Below, in pieces: positions 39,518 to 53,028 of a stretch of 64,000 bases of DNA. Numbering within the stretch: position 1 is the first letter of the stretch; every line of letters begins with the position of its first letter. The position numbers and the translations under genes are program-made. The notes below the pieces were generated by a model. The model saw only the letters and a program-made list of their open reading frames with translations. It ran no database searches and was not told the origin of the DNA. This DNA is from Octopus sinensis (lineage: Eukaryota), in NCBI RefSeq assembly GCF_006345805.1, contig NC_043001.1:85622001-85686000 (forward strand), written 5' to 3'.

Positions 39518-42500
39518 CCACACACATGCACACACACACACACATACACACACATATATATAAATAATATGAAAGGCTTCCATGCAGTTTCTGTTAACCA
39601 AATTCACCCACAAGGCATTGGTCAGTCGAAATCTATAGTGGAACACATTTTCCCAGGGAGCTGCGAAGTGTAACTAAACCTGAATTCACATAGTTGCAAA
39701 GTAAGCGTCTTAACCACACAGCTATACCTGCGCTTGATAAAAATAACAACTAATCTATTCGTTGAAAACAGATGATGGGTGACATCGCTGACATTTACTT
39801 TATTAAATTTCATAAAATGGAATAAACGTTTGTGTCGTTAGAACAGCCATATTTACATGCTTGCCGTTTCTTTATTTTTTCTTTTTTTTTATTCCGCCGG
39901 AAAGTGAAATGGTACATTTATTTTCTCTTTATAGTATACAAAAACATTCTATGTTTTGGTGATTCAGTAAAAATTGAATACTTTTGATTAGAGAATGATA
40001 GCATCTAAATTTTCGAATAGCGCAGTGACTGAATGATAACAAGGTGTCTTTCTACTCTAGAAAAAGGCCAGCAATTCTGAGAGGTAGTGAAGTCGATTAC
40101 ATGGACATCACTGAACAGGTGTACTTAACAGAATTACTTTATCGACACGTAAAAGATGAAAAGCAAAGTCAACTCTGGCGGTATTTGAACTCAGAACCGA
40201 CTGACGGACGAAATGCTGATAAGCAACTTCTCCGGTGCACTAACGATTCTGCCAGCTCGGTACAAATATGTATTTAATAATTGTGTGGTTATACATTGGT
40301 TGAAGTAACAATATAGAATAATAAATTGCTCAGTCATATATAATATTTTGTTGAAATATTCGCTCATGTATACAATAGTAAATTCTTATCTTCAAATTTT
40401 AGCCATTGTTTGTGTATTACCCCTGTTTATACATATGTAAAGAAAATACTTTCACTGTCTCCCTTATTTAATTTCTACTAACACATTTCGTTCATTATTT
40501 TCGGTATGAATTTCTGTATAATGTAGCGAAGTTAATCAAAATGTATCGAGTGTAAATAAATATTAAATGTACATTGACTGTTGAATATTACAGTCAGAGC
40601 TATCCGACGCTAATTAAATCGCGAGATATGAAAATTGGTAGACTGTAGTAATTTGGATGAGAATATTAGGCCCCACTAAATATACATTCGCTAACATTTA
40701 AAGTATATAAATAATGATAAAACACTAATTTTCACTTGCTAAAAGACATATAGAGGAAATAATTTGTGAAGAGACACATTAAAAGAATTCATTAAAAGAA
40801 CAACAGGGAGAATAGCTATGTAATAAACTCAATAAGAAAACCTACTCGAGCTAAGAAATATTTACGATGAGTAAATGTGAGTGATTACTTAGAGATAGTG
40901 TACCAGCATTTTCTGAAAATTATTATAGCTGATTAATGTGTGTGAAGAATACTACAACGAATGAACGGTCACACACCAACCATCAGAAATATTAGTTTCA
41001 ATTTTTGGCACAAAGCCAGCAATTTCTGAGTAGGGGTTAAGTCGATTTGGTCGACACCACTCTTCAACTGCTACTTATTTTTATCGACCTCGAAGGAACG
41101 AAAATCAAACTCAACCCACATTTGAACTCTGACTTTATAGACGGATGAAATACCGCAAGGTATTTTGCCTGTGATGCTAACGAGTGTCACCTCGCCGCCT
41201 TCCCAACCGTCAGAAACATTATCAGGTGTTTCTTCATATCATTGAACATTTTCATCTCAATGGACTTCTCCCTTAAGAAGCATAAATGACCTACCATAAT
41301 AGACCCATCATACAAGTTACAAAGTGTTCCACCCAACGTAGTACAAAGTGTTTAATATTCAGCTAACAATCTATTTAATGTGTATTCAAGAATCTGGTTT
41401 ATAGTCTTTCAGGAATCTGTTTAATATCCCCACACACAAGCACAGAACTTTTTCCAGGGATGGAATGCAGTGCCAGGAAGATAATGAGAAATGTAAAATA
41501 TCCGACTGGCATTCTGAAACTTTGCACTTGGAGCTTAGTGTAACCAATCTTAGTGAAATTAATCTTATAACAGTGAAATAGTCAGTGAGTCTTTATAAAA
41601 ATGGGGAAGATTAGGGAAGAGTGTAATTCAAGCAACGGACATTAGTTACTAACCTGATCTCCCATAAAGAATTGGCTGCCTCCATTACGCATTTCTAGTG
41701 TTCTTTCCATGAAGGGAAGGATTCTGCGGCAAGTTTCTCTGTATCTCATGCGTTGTTCAGACTGTTAAAAGTTATAAAGGAAATTATACATGTTTTCATA
41801 CATACATACATACATACATACATACATAAATACATACATACATAAACACACAAACATGCACAAACATACATATATAGTTGACGTCATAAGAATTTAGAAA
41901 GTTCAAGAGAACGGGAAATACTTCGTTTATATAACAGAATAAAATCCAAGAAGAAAATCTTAGAAATACGTTGGTTACATGACACAATATAGACCATGGG
42001 TAAAAATCTTAGACACACACTGAAGCATCATGTGGAAGAATTCAGTTCAAAGCAAATCGTATTTAACCCTAAAGAACTCCAAGACAAATCTAGATGCACA
42101 AGGAATGTAAATTTTCCTTTATTAATGTTTTCTGAAAAGAATTAATTGCTTCAGTTCATCATTAAAGGGCATTAATTTAACCATGAATTACATCCCTTAT
42201 CTTCTAACAATTACTTTCCTTTGAAAAATAGAAAAAAAACCAGTTGGCATTGACCTAATCACTTCTCTTTGAAATAATATTACCATTTACTGTCAACTGT
42301 TCCTGAAAGTCTCATATTCTTATAACTCAAGTATGTCATTTAATTTATGTGTAGGTTACAAATGGTGGAGGAGCAATGGCCCAGTGGTTAGGGCAGCGGA
42401 TCCGCGGTCTTAGGGTCGCGGTTTCAATTTCCAGACCGGGCTTTGTGAGTGTTTATTGAACGAAAACGCCTAAAGCTCCACGAGGCTCCGGCAGGGGTGG

Positions 42501-43699
42501 TGGTGAACCCTGCTGTACTCTTTCACCACAGATTTCTCTCACACTTTATTTCTGTTGTACCTGTGTGTCAAAGGGCCAGCCTTGTCACACTCTATGTCAC
42601 GCTGAATCTCCCCGAGAACTATGTTAAGTGTACACGTGTCTGTGGAGTGCTCAGCCACTTTCACGTTAATTTCACGAGCAGGCTGTTCCGTTGATCGGTT
42701 CAGCTGGAACACTCGTCGTCGTAACCGACGGAGTGCCTCCATAGCCAGGTTATAAATGACCTGAAACAGCCAATGATGTGATTATAGCTCAGTAAGAACT
42801 TGAAATTTTAAAATCGAATATGTCGGGTATAGATATTAACTAAATCATACAATATGTATTGGATATATAACGTTGCATCCTTTTAACTAACAATATAACA
42901 TTTCCGAAACCTTAAACAGGATGCAGTACTCATGCCAGGCCTCAGGCATCAAAGAGCACAAGGTATAATTTTTCATTCGGTGATCTCCAACGATTGATAA
43001 TTTATTCACAAGTGGAAGGTTCTTCGGCTTGACACCGTTCGGTAACATTAGTTGGAGTTTACCAGACTAAATTCATAATATGATACTAACTGTTTTGAGG
43101 ACCTGACTGATTATAAAAATTTTAATCCACGATATGAGAGTACGGAAAAAATGCTACAGTGTTCAGTACATTATATGAAATACACGCTTTTCCTCATTAG
43201 TGTCCGGTAATACATACGCATACAAACGCTCGCACATGCAAAATATACTCATTCTTATAATATGTCAGGAATACATTTGGAATATTATTTTGTTAAAAAC
43301 ATGATATTCTGATAATGAAAAATAATTAAGAGCAAACTTACAGATCCATTTGTGTCCCTGGATCTCTGGAACTGCAAAAGAGCAACGGTAAAAACTGTGT
43401 AAAGTATATAGAAAGATGGATGGATGGATGGATGGATGGATAGACAGAAAAAGATCTAAATACATAGATAAAATAGAAATATATAGATGACTAGTGAGAT
43501 AGATAGATAAATAGAAAGATAGACAGACACACAGACAGAATGATAGATAGATAGACAGATAGCTAAATAGACACACAGGCACACAGACAGAAACACAGAC
43601 TGACACCCAAACATAGATAGAGAAATAGATAGATAGACAATTAGACAGATAGATAGACAAAGAGACAGACATACATACATACATACAGACAAATAGATT

Positions 43700-43748
<49 letters not shown>

Positions 43749-44416
43749 CGCTTGATCTAACGTTTACTGCGTTGCACTCACGATAGTGAGATCATAGTTC
43801 TGATTCTCGGACCAGGAAGTTAGACGTATTCTTTAGGAAAACACTTCATATCAAATTGCCTTGCGATCACATCGTCACTTCAACATCCGGTGCATGACAG
43901 AACAGGCAACAGTACAGAAAATGTCGATTAGAATTAGATGGAGGCTATTAGCGAATGCGAAGATCTAAATCATTTAGAGCAATACATTTCTCAAGTCAAG
44001 TCCAGGATATATTCTATATAATCTGTCACATTATTGTGTCTCTAAGGCATGGATCAGTTAGTAGCGCTTTTCAAAATTCTATGTACATTACATGATATGT
44101 ATCTCGCATTGTATAAAGTACATTTGATGATCTTACCTTATATTTCATCCTATGTCAGTGTAGCCAACATACCACGGGCGACCATAACATGCCATGCAAA
44201 ACTCAGTAAATAGAGTAATGGATCTTATTCACACCAGACGTCTGACAAGACAACCTGCATTGATGGATGGAGCGCAACTAGATGTATAGTATCCCACCCC
44301 CGTAACGGACAGATGCAGGATGGATCGAAACGATCGTTTTTTGTAAAGCTAAATCTATTTTTCTGTTTCCCTCGTACATTTGATGTATATATATATATAA
44401 ATAGATAAATAAATAA

Positions 44417-44486
<70 letters not shown>

Positions 44487-44808
44487 TAGATAGATAGATA
44501 GATAGATGTGTGCGTGTGTGTGGAGACGCAATGGCCCAGTGGTTAAGGCAGTGGACTCGCGATGGTAGGATAGCGGTTTCGATTCCCAGACCAGGCGTTG
44601 TGAGAGTTTATTGAGCGAAAACTCCTGAGGCTCCAGCAGTGGATGGTGGCGATCCCTGCTGTACTCTTTCACCACAACTTTCTCTCACACTTTCCTGTTG
44701 GCCTGCTCACTTAGCCAGCGGGTGGCGTCATTTGAAGGCTAAAACCGTGCGAAGCACATTGTGACCAGCGATGTGTAACTACATCTGATAGCCTGGTCGG
44801 TCACGGTG

Positions 44809-44878
<70 letters not shown>

Positions 44879-46631
44879 TATATATATACTTAGAGAAGTG
44901 TGTGAGAGATAGACGAGGCGAAAAATATTATTTTAGGATATATAGATGGAGGAAGGGGAGAATGAATAGATCGATATTAATAGGTTGTAATTTTCAATAA
45001 TTACCATCATTCTACAGTTGCCATCTTGGTACATCCTCAAGTAGTCATCCAAAATATCGTAGAAACAGTCTGAAATGTAGTCGACTCTGGCCATTTCGAT
45101 GTTGCTTCTGCCATGGAATCCTGAATAGATAATTAAATAAAACAAACATAATATCTCAGAAAACCACAATATTATCATTTAATTCTTTATTTAAGACAAT
45201 TTTATACAAGACTTCATTTTTATATCTTCTGCTTTTCTTTAACATGTTTCTGTTGTTGAGCTGCCGACATGCTGAGAGAGCGTCTTCATTATTTCAGTCT
45301 TCATAATTCTTCAATCTGGTACTTATTCAATCGTATTATTATTATTATTTTTTTTTTTTTTTTGCTGCAGCACTAAGTCACTGGACTTTGAATTAACCGA
45401 GACCAGTTACCGTGCAATGCCAGAAGAACAAACAGAAAGACATGTACATATCGTCGACTCCAGCTCGTATTCGCGCATTGGGTTCGTCAGTTCCCATCCA
45501 GTCTTCTCGACTGATGTTTGTGTCGAAAGTGACTTTGGTGTCCAAGTCTGTGGTGAAAGAGTCGTGGGCAGAACTCGCACGGGATGGTCGGTGCAGGTCG
45601 AGGATGTTAAAGACACTCCTATCTTCTCCTGCATTTTACCATCTCATTAGACGTCATAAGAATGTATAAATCTTTCGAGAGAACGTGGAATAATTCGCTT
45701 TCGGAATCGGTTCTCGAAGTACATATAATGCTATAAATATATGCACACACACACATACACACACACTCACACTCACACGCACACACACACAAACCTATAC
45801 TCTAACGCTTATGCAGAAGTATACTCATCTAATCAATTATAATTTCCCTTACCGAATTCCCTGGCCAAATATCTGGCCATAGCCATACTCTGGGGAATCT
45901 GGGTCCTGTTGTCCAATTCCAGCATGGGCATCATTGAGCAAGGCATCTCTGCAAAGAAACAATAATAATAATAATTCATTCTACTATAGTTACAAGGCTT
46001 GAAATATGAAGGGAATGGGATAGTGGATCAACCACTACTTATTTCCTCAACCTCATAAGGATTAAATGCAAAGTCGACCTCATCGACATTTGAATTTTGA
46101 ATATAAAACAGACAAAATCACGTTGAGTATTTTATCAAGCGTGTTAACGACTCTGCCAACTCACCTCCTTAAAAAAAAAAAAAAAATAATAATAATCCTT
46201 TCTATTAAAGGTCTGAATCTTTGGAGGAGGGGACAAGTTGATTACATAGGGCCCAGTGATTCATTGGTACTTAATATATCGACCTGGAAAGAATGAAAGG
46301 TAAAGTCGATCTCGGCGAATGTGAACTCAGAACATAAAGAGGGACAAAATTGTTAGCAGCATTTTGTTTGGCGTGCTAACAACTCTGCCACCTCACCACC
46401 TTAATAGTAATGATAATAATAATAACAATAATAATAATAATAGTACTTTCTCTTCGAGGCACAAGGACTGAACTTTTGGTGGGAGGGTGACTAGTCGATT
46501 GCATCGACCCTAGTACTCAACTGTTACTTATTTCATCGACCCCGGATGGATGAAAGGCAAAGTCGACCTCGGCGGAATATGAACTCAGTACATTTTGCCC
46601 GGCGTGCTAACGATTCTGCCATCTCGCCGCC

Positions 46632-46672
<41 letters not shown>

Positions 46673-49600
46673 CCGGTGTTATCTAATAATAATATCAATA
46701 ATAATAACAATAATAATAATAATAATAATAGTAATAATGATAATAATGATGATGATGATGATGATGATGATTTATTGGATAACAATATTGGATGTACAAA
46801 GTTACTCACAGAATATTTTGTAAGAACAAATACATTGATCCCTGTACTTGATTCGTAATGAAGTTTATCGAGCATGGATGTATGAAAGATAAGGTATTTT
46901 TGAATTCTTTTCATATAATGCGATATTAACAGATATCCCAACTTATTTATTATTCTGATGCTTAATCGGGTGTGCAATTCAACTACCACTTATTGACATT
47001 GGCACAAAGCCATAAATCTGTGTAGGGGTGAAGGTAATCGAAATGATTCTGATATACCGTATTTACATTTTGCTTCCCAGACCTCTAAAATAGTGATGAA
47101 ATTCATAGTTCATCCTGGTGAGTCTTCAAACTGAACATAAAGAAAGAAAAATTAAAGGGAATGATGCAGATAAATCTTTCATTTACTATTTGTGCTGCCC
47201 ATTATCTTTATCTCTATTTTACGTATGAGTAGTTATATTTAACTCCTCATGATTACAGCTACTGAAAATATTTCAGAAGGCTTAAAAATCATTCTGTTTT
47301 TGTTGTTTATTTTTAATATCAACTATTTTGGTTTACTTATATTTTCATTCTATAAGAGAGAGCATAATCATCATCATGGTTTCGAATCAGCTTGTTGGCA
47401 GTTACCTCAAAATTGGTTTCATTTTTTATTTCATGTTCTATATATTTAGATTAAATTGTAAAAGGCGGCGAGCTTGTAGAAACTTTAGCGCGCCGGGCGA
47501 AATGCTTAGCGGTATTTCGTCTGTCGTTACGTTCTGAGTTCAAATTCCGCCGAGGTCGACTTTGCCTTTCATTCTTTCGGGGTCAATAAAGTGCCAGTTA
47601 CGCACTGGGGGCGATGTAATCGACTTAATCCCTTTGTCTGTCCGTGTTTGTCCCCTCTATGTTTAGTCCCTTGTGGGTAGTAAAGAAATGTATATTTAGA
47701 TTAAATTGCAAATCTAAAACATCTAGAAATTCCTTTCTTTATCTTGACATTTGCCTCAAAGGCTAATATGGGGGCAAATGTAAATATCCCCCCAAAATAT
47801 ACTACTCTTAAATTCTTTTAGCAGTAATTTTATTTGACAAGATACAACTGCAATTGTTATAGCTGATTCAAAATAAAATCTATTCTAAACCTTTTTATAT
47901 TTATTCAACCGGCAAAATGTTTAAGAAAATCGTTCTCGAACCAGTTTGAATTGAGAAGGTTGACAGATAAAATTATCTACTGTCAGGTATTTATTTTCAT
48001 TTTTATATATATTTAGTTAGGTATAATACATTATTCGATGCCTTCTATACATATAAGAATAATATATTTAGTCTGGCACAATAAACTATCTGAAGCCTGA
48101 TCGCATAAGTATTAGAATATGTTACTGAAAATCATTTTCTTTCATGCTTAAATAGGATGTTTCGAAACCCAAAGAAAATTTCCGGGTATTCATGATTGCA
48201 TTCTATTACGATTTGATCATTTTACTTATCAGAATGAACTGCAGTATAAAGAAGCTCGTTATCATTTATTTGCAAAATAGCATGTATGACGCTCACTTAT
48301 AGCACGCGAATGCTATATCAATGTAGTACCTAACAATGAAAGTAGATTAGTTAAGGGAGTGGACTATGTGTCTAGTTCCCTTTACAACTATTTGAAATTG
48401 ACATAATTTCTATAGAGCTTCATTGTATCTATGGTGTACTATACTCCATCTAGACATAGAGCTATCGCTAAGAGCAATAATAATGCTGTATATTTATCGC
48501 TTATTTTCTCACTTTACAGTTTTTGTTAAGTTTCTTGGTGTATATAGCCTTAAATAAACCTTAAATGTAGGGATTAAAGTAAAAAAAAAATGATGGGCTA
48601 AATCGATTAGGAAGAAGTATTAAACGCAGAAAAATCTCATCAAAGATAGAAAATAAAATAAAACCGTTAATGACATCAATAAAGCTTTAAAAAATAATGT
48701 GGATGTTATAGTTTTTGCTACATGTTATATAATTGTGATAGTAATTTACACCAGTTAGACTGGGCTATTATAGGTCCGTATTTCATAGGGATATATTAAC
48801 AGATACAGGAGTGAAAATAACATCTGATCATGCATCAGCTAGGGTGTTTCGTGTCTGTGACACATTGAAGAGATATTAGTGACCTGCGAGATTAATACCA
48901 ATAATCTCCCAAGGTGATCTGGTGGACATAGCTGAGAATATATTAGTCTTAATGTGTTTTGCTAAGAATGAATGCTAACGGCGTATTGGCAGAGTTATTA
49001 TATTTTTGGGTAGAATGCGACGTGTTATTTTGTTCTGACACTCTTCAATCTGAATTCAAATTATGCCTTGACATTCTTTGATCCGTTTGGGATTGCTGAA
49101 AATACACCAATTCAAGGCACAGGATTTGGCGGCATTGGGCAAAAATATTTGCATTACTTGGTCTATCCGACTGTTTTAGTTCTGCTGGCAAAGCCTGCAG
49201 CAACGACACTGGTATTAGTGTAATAGCTGGAAGACGCCAGTTTTTATGTTGAATAAAAGAAGAGAAAAGCTTCCTCGCATGTGCACTTGCAGGTAATAAA
49301 AAAAAAAACTTCTCCAGACCTGTGTATTTAAGTGTACATATATGTCAAATCTAACCTATGGAAGCCCTCGTGATCAGAACACAATGAAACATATTCAACG
49401 GTTTTGATATCCCAGCCTATAAATGTCTTGCCGCTTACCTGAATCATTCAGCTGCCTCGCTTCCCTACATAAATTATTAGTGAAAATTAAACTACACGTA
49501 GCATATTTTTCCCAATACTGTAAATATTATGGTAACAACTTTCAACTAGCTCGGGCCATAAGTTTCTTTGGGAAAATTATAGTCAATTCAATCAATCATC

Positions 49601-49715
49601 GTTTATCAAAAACAAATCAACTTAATACGGAGTTTGAGTGACAAATATGGCGGCAATTTTCCAAATAATGACCGCCCAGTTCCATACAATTTAGGTGGGG
49701 TCGGGGAGATTATTT

Positions 49716-49758
<43 letters not shown>

Positions 49759-51310
49759 CGGAACATTAAACGAGATTCAAACATCATGTACTTTGCATTG
49801 AAACTCATCGCTCCAAATCTTTCTTTAATATTTTGATTTTAAGAAACACGTTATAGGGAACCACTATTTATATTAAATCTCATTTCTTTGTCTTTCGTTT
49901 CATTTACTAAAATTCTAATGGAAATAGATGAAGGTTGGTTTGATTTAGGTTTCAATGGCGATAAGCGATCGGGGATCAGAATATCACCATGTATAGAGTG
50001 AAAACTAGGTTATTTGCTATGACTTTATATGCTATAACTAGTTTATTACTTGAAATATTTTCAAATTTGTAGAAGATTGACATGAAGAAGTTGGTTGCAT
50101 TTGCCTTGCAAATCTAGACTTGCACAACTAAAATCCCAGATGAATTGATACTATCTCACATTATATCACATGATGCATATCAGAAGGAGATGGACATCAA
50201 TATTTTCCAATTGCATAGACAGTGGTGTTGTTTGTTCTCTTAAAATATGCAAGTGTCATGATCATTTCACTTGTGCCTCGACTAACTTACAAGAAGAAAG
50301 AGACGTTGGTATTTAAGCGGATATACCATGAGATATCAGACAGCTGCTTTGCAATATAAACCTACGATAGATCAGTTTACAACTAAGTAGAAAAGGTTTT
50401 ACACAATATTTCAACTTTGCTAAAGCATTCTTCAGATATGTATTCATGTATTTATCTCTAGGTCAGACTAAATCGAGCTTCGCTACGTCGATACTTGACA
50501 CGGTCATTACCAATATACTCCAGGCATATATTTATGCATTTATGTTCATGCTGGTCTTGAATCGTCTCTGTGTTATTCGAAACCGAAGAGTAAGTACGGA
50601 AGCCACTACAAGGCATTTCCAACATTCGTAAGATAAATATAATTAAAAGTTACGACAGTTTCTTAAATGCAGATTAGTTTTCAATGAGCAGATCTAAAAA
50701 AAAATAATAAATGCGCCCTTTAAAAGCCTAGCCAGGCTCATGGGCCCGGTTTTCCGGTTTCCATGGCGCATGTGTTCCCAAGCTGTATGGGACGCCAGTC
50801 CATCGGAACGTTACTCATTTTTGCCAGCTGGGCTGGAGCAACGCGAAATGAAGTGCTTTGCTCAAGAACACAACGCGTCACCCGGTCCAGAAATCGAAAC
50901 TACAATCATACGATCATGATGCTGACACCCTAACCAATAAGCCACGCGCCTCCACTGAGCAGATCTATACTCAAATTATTCCAGCCATAACATCTCGTCT
51001 GTTTCCAGACATAATGCACTCACGGCTACCTTATTTAATATGTCTGTATTTTCTTAAGTTAATAAAATGTAATTTGAGAGATGAGCAATTGAAATTAGAT
51101 CAGTGATTGCTCAGACACTCGCTTTTGGCATGGTTGAGTGAGGGAAGAATAATGAAAGAAAACAAATAAGCACTTACTGCTTCTCATATTGTCCCATTCT
51201 GAAGACTCGATCCTGCGGTCATTGTACTGCACACCAGCAGCTGCAAAGAGCATACGGCAGATCTCGGCACGGCCACGGTGGTTGAAGTAGTGGAGAGTGT
51301 AGGAAGGCAT
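39030..51310 (-). CDS. S-crystallin gene B, 6 coding exons, 215 aa: join(51178..51310,45853..45948,45005..45120,43342..43371,41654..41761,39030..39194)
   Basis: Same exon sizes and phases as gene A, all GT-AG: [215 protein letters not shown]. Confidence 0.96.
41654..41761 (-). CDS. S-crystallin B exon 5
   Basis: Acceptor ttttaacag, donor CAG|GTTAGT; [36 protein letters not shown]. Confidence 0.95.
42365..42746 (+). mobile_element. SINE family 3 (tRNA head TGGCCCAGTGGTTAG) with 12-bp TSD
   Basis: A-box and B-box-like motifs; TSD AGGTTA(C/T)AAATG at 42353-42364 and 42747-42758. Confidence 0.85.
43342..43371 (-). CDS. S-crystallin B exon 4, 30-nt microexon ([10 protein letters not shown])
   Basis: cttttgcag|TTCCAGAGATCCAGGGACACAAATGGATCT|gtaagt. 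Confidence 0.92.
43420..43747. repeat. (GGAT)/(GATA)/(GACA)n compound tract; another (GATA)n at 44400-44506
   Basis: Direct reading. Confidence 0.9.
44520..44810 (+). mobile_element. SINE family 3 head and core with a different 3' tail
   Basis: Homologous to the 42365 copy up to TTTCTCTCACACTTT, then diverges. Confidence 0.85.
45005..45120 (-). CDS. S-crystallin B exon 3
   Basis: Acceptor tattcag, donor GTAATT; [39 protein letters not shown]. Confidence 0.95.
45405..45660 (-). mobile_element. 3' end of an RTE-type LINE in gene B intron 2
   Basis: Frame not in the ORF track reads [28 protein letters not shown], like the C2H2-type RTE C-terminus. Confidence 0.6.
45853..45948 (-). CDS. S-crystallin B exon 2
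   Basis: Acceptor ctttgcag, donor G|GTAAGG. Confidence 0.95.
45975..46632 (-). mobile_element. Head-to-tail cluster of 3 SINE family 1 copies
   Basis: Same motifs; (AAT)n spacers. Confidence 0.85.
47462..47690 (+). mobile_element. Full-length tRNA-derived SINE (family 1, Tx1-like tail) with 18-bp TSD
   Basis: B-box-like GAGTTCAAATTCC; TSD TATATTTAGATTAAATTG at 47441-47458 and 47691-47708. Confidence 0.9.
51178..51310 (-). CDS. S-crystallin B exon 1
   Basis: ORF track 51095..51310; donor A|GTAAGT. Confidence 0.95.
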
Positions 51311-51430
51311 GTTTGATGTTTGTTAGATGATGTTGCAAATTCAACGGTGTACTTAACTGGAGAGCTGTGAAGAGCCACAAGTTAAGATCAAATGAATGTT
51401 AGTTGTGCTGCGTACTGCTGCAGATTCCTC

Positions 51431-51437
51431 TTATATA
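51431..51437 (-). promoter_or_regulatory. TATA box of gene B (TATATAA)
   Basis: CCTATATAAGAG ~125 nt upstream of the ATG, position equivalent to gene A. Confidence 0.65.
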
Positions 51438-51974
51438 GGAAAACTGCAATTACTCACAGTAATTAAATGTCCTCCACTATTTACTCTCTTTGAACTGTTA
51501 AAGTTCTCCCTCCCTCTATATATTTTCCACTTTTTCTTTTTCGATTACTCTCACTCTTTCTCTCGTCTCTTATTCTCTCTGCCATAGACATATGCCCAGC
51601 TCAACTGCCGCTCATTACAGGTGTAACAAGAAATAAATGACTGCTAATTCCTAATTTAATGAAACATTCTAACAATTGGTGCCACCCAGAACAGACCACA
51701 ACAAAAACAACGACAAGCAGAAACATAAAAAAAAAACTGTCTGTCCATTTCTGCTAACCTCTCCTACCCCTCTCTTGTTCTCTCTTTCTCTTTTTTCTCT
51801 ATGTGCACACTCACACACACACACACATATACACATGTATGTGCTACGTATATATTACACTAAACGCATACATGTATATGTGCACAGATTGTATAAGTGA
51901 ATGCGTGTGCATGTTCGAGGGTGTGTGTGACGGTGTCCTTCTAATTGGAGACAATTTCAGTCTAGTTCGAGTAG

Positions 51975-51982
<8 letters not shown>

Positions 51983-52067
<85 letters not shown>
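51983..52067. repeat. (CA)n microsatellite ~550 bp upstream of the gene B TATA box
   Basis: Direct reading. Confidence 0.95.
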
Positions 52068-52073
<6 letters not shown>

Positions 52074-52877
52074 GCAAATGCATATATGAATACATGGCAA
52101 GATACCTATTTATCTCTCCCTCCTTCTAGCTCTTCCGCACTTAGTCTTCTTCTTTATGTGTGAGTGTGTATTTGTGTGTGTGCGTCGGTGTGTGCCTGCG
52201 TATGTCTATAAGGCGGGTGGGGGTTCCATGCACATGTGCTAATGTATGTGTGTGTATATGGTAGTGAGGTGGGTGTTATTTTCTATGCATGTCCGTATTT
52301 TGAGGTAATTTGTTTCAGTGTAGACTACTGTTGAACAATGGACCATTTCTGATTTGATGCCAGTATGATTCAGCTTTTGTTCAGATTTTGGCAGATTAGT
52401 GTACCGGAATGGCACTGCAGTAAGTGTCTGACAACCTGGAGAGCAGTGTCTCTTTCATTATGGCAGTCATCGTCATACTCATTGTCATCATAATCATCGT
52501 CATCATCATCAACATTATCATCATCATTATTCTAACCAAGAATGTCACTATTATCATCATTAGCAGCAGACAGTTGGGAAAAATAGAGTGACAGATTAAA
52601 CTCGTTTCAAAATTTAATCTCGTCATCTTGAATTTCCTGTTCTGAGATTCCAAAGGGGCCAGTTTTCATTCTACTAGAGGGGGTGCTATTAATAAATGTG
52701 TGCCAGTACACCTGACTAAAAGCTCCCCTAGAATGAATGATTGCATATAAATATATATATAATAAATTCTCGAGAGATAATAGATATTTAGCATATTATA
52801 AGCAAAAACATAGAAAGTGACCTCGATATCACTGTTAAATTAGTTTTATTGTAAAATAATATATATACACATGTGTA

Positions 52878-52942
<65 letters not shown>

Positions 52943-52991
52943 GTCGGTGCTCCAGCATGGCCGCAGTTAAATAACTGAAATAAATAAAAGA

Positions 52992-53028
<37 letters not shown>

